Part shown: positions 1 through 13,883 of the stretch, piece after piece
How positions within the stretch are numbered: position 1 is the first letter of the stretch
How the letters are laid out: each line of letters begins with the position of its first letter
NCBI RefSeq assembly: GCF_006345805.1
Contig: NC_042999.1
Span: 143,902,001 to 143,966,000 of the forward strand
Direction: 5' to 3'
DNA: 64,000 bases
Origin: Octopus sinensis
Lineage: Eukaryota
Notes under the pieces: generated by a model
The model's input: the letters and a program-made list of their open reading frames with translations, nothing else
The model's database searches: none
Told to the model about the DNA's origin: nothing
Position numbers and translations under genes: made by a program

Positions 1-559
1 TAACATTAGTAGGATCAACTTATTGAATGGTCTAGAGTACCGAAATATTTATGATTCTTAAGAAAACTAAAAGAAGTGCCAGTTTTCCAGTACTCATCCT
101 TTAAAAATGAGTTTGCAGAATGGCTAGTACTAACCAAAAACCTAACTGTTTATCTGCGACAAAATTGAACTCACGATCAGTATAATGCAAACCCTCTGAA
201 AGTTCCATTCAGTCACATTATTCTACTTTTTGTTTGTGAATCTACTCACGCACGTAACAATATGTTCCATTCAAATACATACATTTACTATGATATAGCC
301 ACATTATTTAATCCCATTATAAAGGTATTTTTAAACTACTGCATTGTTCCTTATCTATTAAGCAATTCTGTTAGAATGACACGGTAAGTTTTGGGCGATT
401 CTATGCAAGACCTAGTTTCAGTTCCTGGTTTCTTCACTCTCCTTACGCTTCGAATACAATATCTATTTCATATAAACTTCACAATATTTCACTTTTTCAA
501 CATCTTATATCGAACAGTGGCATCAAGTCAAATAACACAAATAAGTACAAGGCCACAAA

Positions 560-1340
560 TTTTGGAGGCGGATATAGTCAATTAGGTTAACGTGAATTTT
601 TCACATGTATTTAATCGATTTCAGAAGGTGGAAAGGTAAATTCGACTTGATTGAGATTTGGACTCTAAAAGTAAATATGACATGAATAAAAACAGCAAGT
701 CATTTTCTCCGACGCTCTACTGGTTTTTATATCCACTGCCTTTCTCACAATTGTGATCGTTTCAGAATTTGGCATAAGGTCAACAATCTTTTAGAGGGAA
801 GCAGGTTAGTCGATTACATTCATACCAGTGTTCAACTGGTACTTATTTCATCGAATCCGAAGGGAAACAGGCTTCGGCAGAATTTGAACTCAGAACCTAA
901 TGATATCGGAAGATAAGCCACTAAGCATTTTCTTTGATGCGCTAACGATTCTGCCATCTCACCGCCTAAATAGATACAAGGCCAGCAGTTTGGCGGGGGT
1001 GGTGGTTAGTCGATGCCATCGACTCCAGTACTGAATCAGTACTTTATCGTCTCCTGCAGAATGAAAGACAAAATTTATCTCTGCTGCGTTAGAACTAAGA
1101 ACGTACGAAACCGAAGGAAATAACGTAAGGTTGCCCGACAATTTTAATAATTACTTCTTTTAATAATTACTTCTAGCATAGGCAAAAGACCTGAAATTTA
1201 GAAGGGATTCCAATAATGAACTAATAATTTACTTTACATACCATGGAAGTGGGGGTGGGGGTAAAGGTGAAATCGGCGTGATTTGAACACCAGTTGTAAA
1301 GAGCTAGAACAAATACATCAAGGAGTTTTTTCAATGCTCT
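560..1340 (-). mobile_element. Cluster of decayed SINE fragments (family with GTCGACTTTGCCTTTCATCC core)
   Basis: Degenerate matches to the well-preserved copy at 40055-40284, e.g. CAGAATTTGAACTCAGAAC and CTAAGCATTT...CTAACGATTCTGCC at about 880-960. Confidence 0.6.
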
Positions 1341-2170
1341 AGCAGACACATCTCAAGTCTTTAAAAGGATAATAAGGAACATAGCTCTCCCAGTACTTTA
1401 CCAACTCTCTGGCAACTATTGACCCCGGAGGATGAAAATAGAACATAGACTTTGATGTGATTTGAACCTCGAAACTAAAAAGACATAGTAAAATATAAAT
1501 TCCTGATACTCAAATTATTTGTCCACTACACCATCCCAACTCTAATAATAATAGTAATGACCAATAATCTTCCGATGCAGATAGTTTCACTGTTCTGTTC
1601 TATAAAATTAAATATATCTTATCATGTTCAATTACAATCTGTTTCAATATTTAAATAGAAATTCTGTTTTTGTTTCTTGTTTTGTTTTTTGTTTCAGTTT
1701 TTTTTTCGCAAAACGTATTTGTTTAAATAAAAAAGAAAAAATCGCAAAAACAAAAAAAGAAAGAAAGCAAGAGCTACACATTAATTGCCTTTATTCACTA
1801 ATTAAACTCGTCTTTCTTTCATTAACGGATCCTGGTTCACTGATTATATCAGCACATTAGCTATTTACGCATTTTTCTATTCATCTATATTCATAAAATT
1901 GCATTATTTAAGTTCGCGTGATATGTGAACTTAAAAATTAAGTTGAATAGTTTCAACCGTCGAGTTCATCTTACATTACACCTCCGCATGATTCTCAAAA
2001 GTCAGGACGTGGAGTCAGAAACAGGCACACTCGTGACAAGCTTTTTAGTTTTACATTTGTTGCTTTGTAGAGGTCTGTGTCGCAGAGTAGGAGGTAAGCT
2101 TCTAGCGAAGAGAGTCTGTGGACCCAGGTTCGATTATCAACATTGGCTATGATCTTTCACTGGAAAATAT

Positions 2171-2340
2171 ATTAATATCACAACACCCGTCTTTCTGTTA
2201 ATGGATAAATCTGATCACAAAAAGTAGAAAGGAAAATAACTGATTGATATTAAAAGATATTAATGTCACAACATCCGTCTTTCTGTTAATGGATACATCT
2301 GATGGCGAAAAGTAAAAAAGAAAATAATTGACTGGATCTA
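2171..2340. repeat. Two-copy tandem duplication of a ~87-bp unit
   Basis: TATTAAT(A/G)TCACAACA(C/T)CCGTCTTTCTGTTAATGGATA occurs at about 2171 and again at about 2258. Confidence 0.8.
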
Positions 2341-2802
2341 TATTTCGTTCTATAGATAAGATGCCGATAAATGACCATTCATCCACGGCCATCTATTTGC
2401 GTCGAATTTTCAGTAGACTAATATGTCTGTTTAGTTAAGTTCGGGTTAACACATTTAATGTAGTGAACCAAACTAAATGCTAATCAATCAAATACTCGTA
2501 AGGTTAAGAACAATCATTGGCGCAAAATGACAATTCTTGTCAAAAAAAGGCAAGAGAGATATTCTGAAATTTTAATTGATAAATAAATAAACGGCGGGAT
2601 GCGTCGAGGAGCGCCTCTGATATTTAGTAGATACAGTACCAACACTGGAATATTTCAGTTTATTAAAATTCCTCAGCTGATACGAATTGGCAAATCTTAC
2701 ATTGCCTGAGATAAAAGATTTTGCGCTAAAAATTATTGCCCTTCCCATTGCAAGTGTAATTTCAATTCATAAAAAATTCCTTTTGGTCTGCTTATATCAA
2801 GT

Positions 2803-3524
2803 ACTAGCAGTATAGCCCGGTTTGCTCGGGATTAAGTTAGGATTATTAAGCTAATCAAACTCTTTATTTCAAAGCAAACTAAGTAACGTCGACGTCAAAT
2901 TTGAATGAAATCCGTTGAAATTGGTAAACTTTTGGCTGAAATTTTGCAGACAATATGATTGGGAAATCCCATAAGGAATCGGTTTATCGATTGTCTTTTT
3001 TTTTTTCGTTTTTGGAGAACTTAAAGCATTCAAAGATCCCATGAGTCCTAAGTAATGCTCGCATCAAGTTTGAACAAAATACATCAAAATTGGTAGACGT
3101 TATGGTTGAAAATGGGGTGTAGCTAATTTTAGTGGGAAGTCCTATAAGGAATCGGTTTATTGATTTTTTAAAATTCTGATTAAATGGAAAACCCCATAAG
3201 GAATCAGTTTATTGATTTTTTCACCCCAAATAGGATTTAACCGAACATTGCTGATTCAAAAACATCTATATTTATACTTTAAAGTTGGTTTTTATACCCA
3301 ACCCAGTTCTGTAGAATCAGTGTCACAACGGGAGCGCATGGGTTGGGAACTTGATCGGCAGAGGTGATCATGTTGCATATGCCAACCCTTTTGAAAATAC
3401 CACTCCCATCATGTAACCCCACTTTGCCCACGGGTTGGGAACCCTTCTGGCAAGGAAAATAGAACGCCCAAAAGGGCCCCCGATCCTGTGTGCGAGAAGC
3501 GGTTATATTCAGATCACAACTAAG

Positions 3525-3525
<1 letters not shown>
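2803..3525 (-). mobile_element. Helitron-like non-autonomous element, 3' terminus at 2804
   Basis: Minus strand ends CCCGAGCAAACCGGG (hairpin) CTATACTG CTAG|T, the canonical Helitron hairpin plus CTRR end. Three internal copies of CCCATAAGGAATC(G/A)GTTTAT at about 2969, 3144 and 3194. Right boundary uncertain. Confidence 0.55.
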
Positions 3526-3573
<48 letters not shown>

Positions 3574-3696
3574 ATATATATATGGGCACCACACACACAA
3601 GCATATACGTACATACACCTATTGCATACATGTTTTTGAACGCCTTTGCCCCTGCCCCTGTCCCACCACTACCTCCTACCCAAATAATACCATCAA

Positions 3697-3943
3697 TTGA
3701 AGCAAATTTGGCACCCGGACGTAAGTTTTGTTACAGGAATAAAGAAACTTACCTTCTCCCGCAGAGATGTGAGAGTGAGATCTCTCCTTTCGAAAACACG
3801 AACAGTTTCGAAACATTGTTTACAAAATAATAGCTCTCTCTCTTATGTTCACGCACGACCAGCTATATATCGCTATGAGTAAAGCAACGGATTCAGCTAA
3901 TTTGGAAATTAGTTGTGGAGAAACGGAGAATATCGTTTATATT
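3697..3943 (+). pseudogene. Helitron RepHel/PIF1-type helicase C-terminal fragment, frameshifted
   Basis: FTHDQLYIAMSKATDSANLEISCGETENIVY resembles the helicase motif VI to C-terminus pattern FSHGQLYVALSR...TxNIVY. Confidence 0.6.
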
Positions 3944-4074
3944 GTGTATATATATATATATCTATATATATATTTATCTTTATCGTTTTCGTCTTCATCA
4001 TCATCATCATCATCATCATTATCATCATCATCAATAAGCTTCATTTATTTTTCCTCCAGTACATTAATCATCAT

Positions 4075-4310
4075 TTAAGACAGGGCGCGAAAAAGGAAAA
4101 TATATAAAATATAAAAGTAAAAAAGAAAATAAAGGGCCAAAAAGGAAAGAAAATTCAGTGACAATACTCTTCTCAATAAGTGTGACGTGCCAGTTAATAC
4201 AATCTTTTCTACTTCCTGCATGGATGGTAATCCAGAAATTATTCTTAAATAATTTTCAGTTCCTTTTTTGATCATTCCTAGTGCGCCTACAATCACTTGT
4301 ATTGTAACCG
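4075..4310 (-). mobile_element. R4/Dong-clade LINE 3' fragment (endonuclease end, family C)
   Basis: IVGALGMIKKGTENYLRIISGLPSMQEVEKIVLTGTSHLLRR; near-identical to the copy at 50131-51022; abuts an (ATC)n run. Confidence 0.8.
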
Positions 4311-4619
4311 TCTTGCGATACCATCTTTGCTCCTACTACTGTGTGGTATTATCAAATGCTTAGTGTCGACTTTTTTCATAAATATGTGAGGGCTGGAGGA
4401 GATAGAATGGACAAAGAGAAGTAGCTTGGTGAATAGACCAAATTCCACAGGTCTGTAAACAAGTTCGGCAGATGGTGAGAAGACGATCGTTTGTATCCGA
4501 CCAGAGAAGACTGTAGTGTTCTTGCAATAAAAAGGGCGTTTACATTTTTGAATATTCAGGAAGAAAGGAAAGGAAAGAACAGAAGGGTAAAATTTTCATA
4601 GAAAATTGTAGATATTAAA

Positions 4620-5408
4620 GATGTCCTTAGCCTGGCAGTCCTACCGCGGATGGGGTCGCTACCGGTTCGAGATGATCTCTACCGGTACAGATGTGCTGTG
4701 AAACGGACTTGTCCGAGGTGTGCTCAGAATGGCAAAACTGTTCTGCACGCCCTCGTTCAGTGTCCGAGCATTGCTGACTAGTGGGGTTATGTTGAACAGC
4801 TGCTGACACGTGTGGGACGGATCCGTCTGTCGACCGAGTTTGTAGTTTTAATCGCACTGCCGCCCTCCTTCGATCGGGCAGGCAAGGCAGTTTTCCTTTG
4901 CCTGGTAATTGTGGCGAAAGAGGTTGATTGATGGACAAGGCTGAAATGCATGAAAACAGATATATTCCTCTTTGGTAGAGTTCTCGTTGACTTCAAGTTT
5001 CATTTGAAAAAAGAAATTGAGAGTTGAGAGGGAAGTGCTGTCTCGAGAGGATTTATTGAAAGGTGGGGAAAAGTCGCTAAAATAGCCAGAGTGGATGGTA
5101 CCTCTCTAAATGTAGACCTTGAGTCGGAGAGGAGTTGGAAAGGGCACTTGCTCATAGGGTTTCAGGGAAATCTCGGACAGTGGGGTTCCTCGATTATCCC
5201 TAGAGGCGTTCCTGTATCAGGAGGGCCACATCTCTATCGTCATCCCCCTTTTTTTACCTTTGTATTCTATGCACTTGTCCCTCCGTTTTCAGTATATACC
5301 CTGTATGATTTTTTTTATCATTTCATTATTATACGTAAACCCCCACACTTTACGTCTGTCTCTGTATCGTCTCTATCATCCTTCGCCCTTGTGGAAAATA
5401 AATGAAAT
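4620..5408 (+). mobile_element. Tx1/L1-clade LINE 3' end (CCHC zinc finger, C-terminus, 3' UTR)
   Basis: SLAWQSYRG...TCPRCAQNGKTVLHALVQCPS at about 4700-4770 (C-x2-C...H-x4-C); GC-richer than the flanks; ends AATAAATGAAA before a microsatellite. Confidence 0.7.
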
Positions 5409-5440
5409 CATCATCATTATTATTATTATATTATTATTAT

Positions 5441-5499
<59 letters not shown>

Positions 5500-5520
5500 T
5501 AGTAGTAGTAGTAGTAGTAT
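5408..5520. repeat. Compound (ATC)/(TAT)/(TAG)n microsatellite
   Basis: Direct reading. Confidence 0.95.
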
Positions 5521-6300
5521 CTCTGAGTCAGTCGTTGCAATTACGACTGTTCATGGCTGGCTTTTCGCGTGAGTTTGCCGCTTATCATGATCAATTTCTT
5601 TCCACTCCATATTCCTTTTTTGCAATATCTTTGAATCTCAATCTAAGTCTACCGTGGTTTGCTTTCCCCTTGCATAATTGAGAGTAAAGGATTTGTATGG
5701 GGAGTCTGTTGTCCATCCTGTGTACGTGACCCAACCAACGTAAATTTCTATCAATGAGGATTTCCCTCATAGGAGGCAGACTAGCACACCAGTGAGTCTC
5801 TTAATTGCTGATCTTGTCAAAGAGAATAATATTCATAATTTACCGTAGCTGCCTCATCATATATGCATGTAACTTTTCTTGAACTTAATATAATGTCCCG
5901 TTTTCAGCTGCATACAGCAGGGAAGAAAGCACTGTAGCCTGCTATACCTTATATTTGACACATATGGAAAAAAGCCAGGTCATTTAGGTTCTCCACAGTT
6001 TGATAAAGGCATTCTGTTTTTGTGATGCTAATCTTTTAGCTGAACTGTTTTGCAAGTCTGAAAAACTTATCTACCAGTTCCTGCATATATTTAGCACTGT
6101 GGACAACCAGCACACTATCATCAGCGAACAGCACCTTTCGCCCTATGGATTTGTAGTGCGTGTTTTGGCTTTATAGTGAAAAGCATTAAACAGATCAGCA
6201 TCATGTCACGTCGGGACGCAAATCCCCCTCCAACTTCTCGAAGGCAGCTTTCAACACTGCTGCGAGATAGAGAGAGAGAACAGTACTGGAGTATGTATGC
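5520..6300 (-). mobile_element. Decayed RTE-clade LINE (RT to C-terminus)
   Basis: Minus strand reads LFADDSVLVVHSAKYMQELVDKF (FADD at about 6118-6131) and LRWLGHVHRMDNRLPIQILYSQL...GRLRLRFKD at about 5640-5750. Confidence 0.75.
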
Positions 6301-7236
6301 ACCCTTGTTTAACTTCATTGTCACCACAAACTTGCTTGAAGTATCGTTATCTAGTACTACAAATGCCTGCATTCCTTCGAGGTTCACGCACGCACATTAC
6401 ATGTTATATGACCATCTGTTGTTCAAAAATGAGGGTTCAGCCGTGCGATCAAATGAATTAACAGCTCTTGAATTCAAGTGTAAGCAGCTGAGTATTTTCA
6501 AGACACACATTACATTTAACGTTATTCTTGAGGCAGAATCAGCACAAGACGGTGCGTAACAAGGCTGCACATTTTCAGTTATAGTTACATTTTCCATCGT
6601 AAGATACAGATCCACCCGATGTTATAGTGAATGACATTTGTCCAAGATTCTACACTTTTGGAGCGTACCTGCGGGCTTAAAGTTTGGCCATATATGTGTA
6701 TGTATGTGCCTATCAATTAGCTCTATTTACGAGATCAAAACTATTATTCTTTTTCTAGACATATTGGCGAGTCCTGTTTTACTTTAACACTAGTTTTATC
6801 CTACTAATATTTATACACCCTGGAATCCCTACATAAGGAGATAACCCATGAATTATTTCTCTAGCTCACTTGTTAGTTCACTCTTTTGCCTATCGACTTC
6901 AAGCTTCACACTGCAAAATAGTATGATTCTAATATATTGAACCTTCTGACTTCATCTCGAGGCTCTGTTCTTTCCTCTTCCCACTTCCCTTCGTATATTC
7001 TATTTTATTTATTTTTTTGTATTTGTATTCACTCTGATGAAACTCCATGTACTAGATCGAATGTGCTATAAACATGGCGAATATTATTTTCGGAATTTTC
7101 TTTGTAAGCACCGATTGACATCGGCAGCCGAAACGGCTGTAAGACATGTTATGTATGTTATGTTATGTTTTGTATTAAAAACAATTTAACGATGTTAGTG
7201 GATTCTAAAGATTTTTTCCATTTATTGCCTATTTAA

Positions 7237-7846
<610 letters not shown>

Positions 7847-8199
7847 TAATGGTCACCCGATTCATTGCAGACAACTAACAAACTATAAATAGAGTGCGTA
7901 TTTAGTGTGCGCAAGCAAGCCGCAGAGGCCAAGCTATCGTTTAACAATCTGAAGCCTTTTCAATAACTTTGTCGATCGCTTAAAGCTAGCAAGTGCCTAG
8001 AACTTTGTAACAAACAAGTCGGTCATACATATACACTAATAACACCTCCTGTCTTCCTCTCAACGTTTATAAATGAATGTTCGCGCATGTGTCTGTATGG
8101 TGGGTATCTGTGTGTGTAAAATCAATCAATTCCATAAGTTAAGAGAGCTAAACGGGAAAATTGTGAGATTACAGATCTAAAATAGTAAATTCGATGTTT

Positions 8200-8963
8200 G
8201 ATGCACACATATACGTTATATATACGCATGCATACATACATAAATATTCATACACACATACACACACATATAAACGTATATATATATATATTTATATGAA
8301 TACCTATATATATGTGTATGTATATGTATTTACGATTGTATGTATTTAAATATATATATATATATATACACATATATATACACATATATATATATACACG
8401 CACACAAGCAAATAAATAATGTATATATATATGTATATATATATTATATTATATATATATATATATATTATATATATTCACAGACAGACACAAACACAGA
8501 AATACATATACACTGGTATGCATATGGATGGAGGGATGGATGGATGGATGGATGGATGGATGGATGGATGGCTCATATTTATCTCATGAAATCCATTGAT
8601 TTGATTAATAGAAACTACAGAGAAATTTCTGGACACTAATATTTTGCAGCCCGGCTACAACTTTAGCAATCTTTGCTTGCACACGCATACGTATCTATGC
8701 ATTTATATTTGTGAATGTGTATGTACGTATGTATGTATGTATGTATGTATGTATGTATGTATGTATGTATGTATGTATGTGTGTATGTATGTTTGTATGT
8801 ATGCATGTATGTATGTATATGTATGTATATATATGTATACCTCTCCCTCTCTCTCTCTTCCCTCTCCCTCTCTCTCTCTCTTCCCTCTCTCTCTCTCTTC
8901 CCTCTCTCTCTCTCCTCTCTCTCTCTTCTCTCTCTCTCTCTCTTCCCTCTCTCTCTCTCTCCC

Positions 8964-9029
<66 letters not shown>

Positions 9030-9030
9030 A
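8200..9030. repeat. Compound microsatellites (TA, GATG, TATG, CT)
   Basis: Direct reading. Confidence 0.9.
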
Positions 9031-9899
9031 CAAGTAAGGGAACAAATCATATGCAATAACACATGAAACGGTAAACCGTTGGATTTTCTTTTTCTTTTTT
9101 TCCGCTAGAATTCTATAAGATTGAGAGCCTGATTGGTCGAGCGATGTTTGAAATGGAGCCGAGATAAATATGGTAAAAAAAACATAATAAATGGAAAGAG
9201 GTAACATAAAAAAAAACGTAAATGATGTAGTATATGAGAAAACAAAAATAAATGTGAATTTTTTAAAAAAGGAAAGTAAAATTAACAATGTTCGGCTACA
9301 AATATTTAAAAGAGTAGCATGACATACACATACATACAGTACATATGCATACGCAAACACATATATTTACATGTAATATATGTCTACAAATACATACACA
9401 CACATTTGTATTATGTATGTATGCATGCATGTATGTATCTATGATATTAGTACATATGTATATATGTATTTATATATGTACACAAACATATATAAGATTG
9501 ATGCAGGAATGAAAACTGAATGGGCTTATCACAAAATCAACAGAAATATAATATACCGGCAAGATGAAACGATCTTTCAATCTCACCGCATATCATGATG
9601 TTTGAACGATTTTCAATCGAATTGTTTATTATATTTTAAGTATAATTCGATTTAATTCTCCTTTGAATTTTCTTCCAACTCAATAAAATATACCCTGTAC
9701 ACTTAATGTCTGTCTGTCTATCTATCCATCTGTCTGTCTGTCTATCTCTGTCTGCCCAACTCACCCTTTCGTGTGTGTGTGTGTGTCTGTGTGTGTCTGT
9801 CTGTTTGTATCTGTGTCTGCGTGTTGTGTAAATATATGACGGTGATGGATTCTCTCATCGGTTTCCACGTATAAGGATCTGACAACCTACTCTTCTCTG

Positions 9900-10399
9900 T
9901 CAGTCGTAATGCCTATGTTGTCGGTCGTAATGCCAACGATTTGCAAAGAAGCCCACAGATGCTGCAAGTATGAGGATTACAGGTTAGAGCAGGTGGTATA
10001 TTTGCAGCCACTTTCTCCTTTGCTTTGCACCCCCAAGCATGTTAATGCTGGTTGCAAACAAAGTTGCAACAAGTGGAGATTGTTATGTCAAAATTTCGAC
10101 ACAACGATCTCCATTTTGTTCGCTCCAAGGTTGTTCGTTCAAAGGTATCGTGAGTTTTCTTTATTGCGAGAAAACTCACGATTTGCTCTTCAGCTTGTCC
10201 TTATACCTCAGCCATGGTTGACCAACATTCCTGTACCGACTATCAGGCTGGCTGTAAAGAGGACTTTGTTTATTATTTCGTCACTCATTCTGTTGACGTG
10301 GCTAGCCCAGCGCAGTTGCTACTGCATAAGGAAGCTCTCGATTCCACCAATCTTACACTTGCTAAACTGGTCAGCTTTAGAAGCTCTGTCCTTTATCGA

Positions 10400-10432
<33 letters not shown>

Positions 10433-10905
10433 ATTATATATATATATATGTATGTATGTATGTATGTAGTATGTATGTATGTATGTATATCCACGAGGAC
10501 ATTTTCCTTCAGACAGTTCACCGTAGAGACAGATCTTGGGAAGTCGATGCTCATTCATCCGACGGACGTGACCTGACGATCAGAGACGATGTTCAGGATA
10601 GAGCGAAGTTTAGATTGATGGATGCGCTCTAGTTTCTTCATGTTCTTACGGTAAACGGTCCAGGTTTCACACCCATACAGAGTTGATACGACAACAGCTC
10701 GATAGACCATGAGCTTCGTTTTGAATGTCAGATCCTTGTTGCAAAATACCCTGGTTTTGAGACGACCAAGAAAGGCATGCCCTGATTGGATGCGATGTTC
10801 GATATCCTTACCAGATCCTGCATTGGGTGACAGAAAACATCCAAGATAGCAGAAGCTCTGTCTTTGTCCACCCAACATAGCTTCACAACCGTTGCTGGTG
10901 TCTTT
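9900..10905 (-). mobile_element. RTE/BovB-like LINE 3' part, split by a (TA)/(TATG) microsatellite at about 10400-10490
   Basis: FCYLGCFLS...RLKTRVFCNKDLTFKTKLMVYRAVVVSTLYGCETWTVYR (ORF 10555-10878); QLRWASHVNRM at about 10300; TCSICGLLCKSL zinc knuckle at about 9950. Confidence 0.85.
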
Positions 10906-10907
10906 AC

Positions 10908-11040
10908 GTCTCTGTAACTTAACGGTTCGGCAAAAGAGACCGATAGAATAAGTACTAGGCTTACAAAGAATAAGTCCTAGGGTCGATTTGCTCGACTAAA
11001 GGCGGTGCTCCAGCATGACCGCAATCAAATGATAGAAGCA
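10908..11040 (+). mobile_element. SINE 3' portion
   Basis: AATAAGTACTAGGCTT...GGGTCGATTTGCTCGACTAAAGGCGGTGCTCCAGCATG, related to the central SINE core seen elsewhere in the window. Confidence 0.55.
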
Positions 11041-12786
11041 AGTAAAAGAGAGTTGCTAATCACGTGTGATATCTTCTTCGGAAATTCATAGCATTCAAAA
11101 TGTGATATGATGTAGCGGTCACGAGTCCAAGAGAGGTTGCACTTCATGTCAATATTACTGTCATCAAGTATTCGAGAAAAATACACATGCACAGTCTTTG
11201 TTTTGGTATGCTGATCATTTCTCATCCAGGGTTAATTTTTAAGTACGTTAGTCCAGTTATTTTGGGGTTGTATAAGAAATCATCAGAGAGCGTTCTCTGA
11301 GGAGATCGCTGTATGTATGTACGTACGTACGTACGTACGTATGTATGTATGTATGTATGTATGTATGTATGTATGTATGTATGTATGTATGCATGTATGT
11401 ATGTATGTATGTATGTATGTATGTATGTATGTATGTATGTATAGAAAATGCTTTCTTTCAAGTATTCAATACAAGACTAAAAAAATAAAGAATATTGTAG
11501 CTTGACCACATCAAGATCTGTTGGTACTTAATTGCGGACTACCACCTAGATTGTTTAACATTACTTTATAAACGACTTCCAAGAATATCAAACAATAGTT
11601 TTTGAATTACCTTAGACACCTTTAATGATGATTTCATAGCATGCAAAGAAGTATATATTTATTATTATGTAATTATATATGTATATGCACTTTCATATGT
11701 CTAAAACAAAAGTACTCCACTCTCTATCTCTCTCTCTTTCTCTCTATCTCTCCCTCTCTCTCTTCTCTCTCTCTCTCTGTATATATATATATATATATAC
11801 ATACACTTACATTACGATGTATGCGTACATTTGCACACATGCATGCATGAATATCATGTGTCTATTTATTGTGAGGGGTCGTGGAAATACTATATATATG
11901 TCAAAGGAAATTTTACAAGCTAGTTGGTGGCGTAGATAGCAGTTAAATTTTCCTACAATCACGCCCTGCACTCTCAAAACAGACTAATACACGGAACGAT
12001 ACAAAAGACCAAGTGGCCATGGCTAGAAAGTGCTTTTTAGACTGACTTAGGGCTAAATAACAGTAACGACTTATTTTATTACGTTGAACTATAGTTTGAT
12101 AAATTCAATTCTAGCAGGATTTGATCTAAGAATCTCAGTGCTCTAAACATCTATTTCGACGTTTTACCATGTTTGCTAACTTATTACGTTCAATTTAAGA
12201 TTCCAAACCTGGCTCCAAACCGCTAAGCCATGTTCAATTTTACTTCCACCGATCAGCCATCGACTGCCTCACGTTTTCCCATGATATCTATATTCTGTGG
12301 ATTCATTGCCAAGAAGAGAAGAGGAATTCGGTATACTTACCGAGCTCTGAACTGTTGAGAAAATGCCAAAATATAAGATCTGAAGGTCTACTACACAGTA
12401 ATGGCGCGTGAAAGCCAATGATCTTTTTATGACTGATTACTGATAAGTGCTGCTGTTATCAGTGCTACGAAAAGCAAACATTTCGATAGCTACTAACGCG
12501 AACAACTAAATAATGGCTGAAGTTTCCATATACGTATATACATCTCGTACATAAATATTTTAGTTATAATTCAAACATTTGGATATACACGCATACATTC
12601 ATGAATACATATATGCATGCCGATGTACACATTCATTTGTGTAGACGTTTAGATTTACACATATTTTAATCTATTTACAAACGTAAATTAACACACATAA
12701 ACATACATATGAGTGTGTGTGTGTGTCTATCTGTCTCTCTGTCTCTGTCTCTCTCTCCCTCCCCCCCTCTCTCTCTCTCTCTCTCT

Positions 12787-12840
<54 letters not shown>

Positions 12841-13826
12841 ATATCTATGTATGTATGTATATACATACTGTGTGTGAACATACACACATACTTTTCTATC
12901 CACACTGGCACACACATATTTATGTAATTACATATATACATTATATATTTTCAATTATATAAGCATATTTATACAATTGCACATAATTAGAGTTTCAATC
13001 ATATATATATATATGTGTGCGTGTGTGTGTGGTGTGTGTGTGTGTGTATTTGAGTGTGCGTGTGCGTGTGCGTGTGAGTGAGTTTAGCAATACCTTTGAA
13101 GATATGGAAGAAATAACTGAAGGATATAATTTTCATGGCTTTTAGCAGAGCATGAAGAATCTAAATGAAATAGCTCTCACTGAAAATAATTCCGGAAAAG
13201 TTCAAATAATTGTAATTAGAAATTTCGCTTTGACTCTCAGTTTCTGGTACTTAGCATAAAGCAATAATGATCTTTAAAAAGAGATGAATATAATTCACAT
13301 TTATTGTCTCTAACGCATAAAAGCAACAAGGGGAATCGTAACTTTACTAATTCTGCTAGTGTGAATAAACGGAAATTATATGTATGACTTAAATGAATAA
13401 TTTAACACATTCTCACCCTCATGTACACGCACATACACATTCACAAACACACATACATACACACATACACACACACATATCAATATGTCAGTAAAATGTA
13501 CAACTACTTCAAAGAAACTTGAAACATCCATAAAATAACATTTTTATAGTGAATGTTAGATAATTCAATACAACAAAGTGATTTACAGTTTTATCTTTGG
13601 CTCGAATGCTCAAACTGTCCTGGGATTATTGTCCTGGATGAAACTTACTTATTATGTGCATTGAATTTTCCAAATATATAGATTTATACTGAAACTCAAA
13701 AGAAAGGCTACATCGCATCAGATGAATAAATAATTATACTCTACAACCTGTATTAAATACGCTTCTATTCGTTACCGTCAGTATATACCTATCTATCAAC
13801 ACACACACATATACATACATACATTA

Positions 13827-13878
<52 letters not shown>

Positions 13879-13883
<5 letters not shown>

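Noticed and set aside
7848-8030. Possible short solo LTR with a TATAAATA box
   Set aside because: The termini do not form TG...CA inverted ends and no TSD is discernible within the microsatellite.
9909-10469. 186-aa plus-strand ORF
   Set aside because: Antisense shadow of the RTE remnant, running into a microsatellite.
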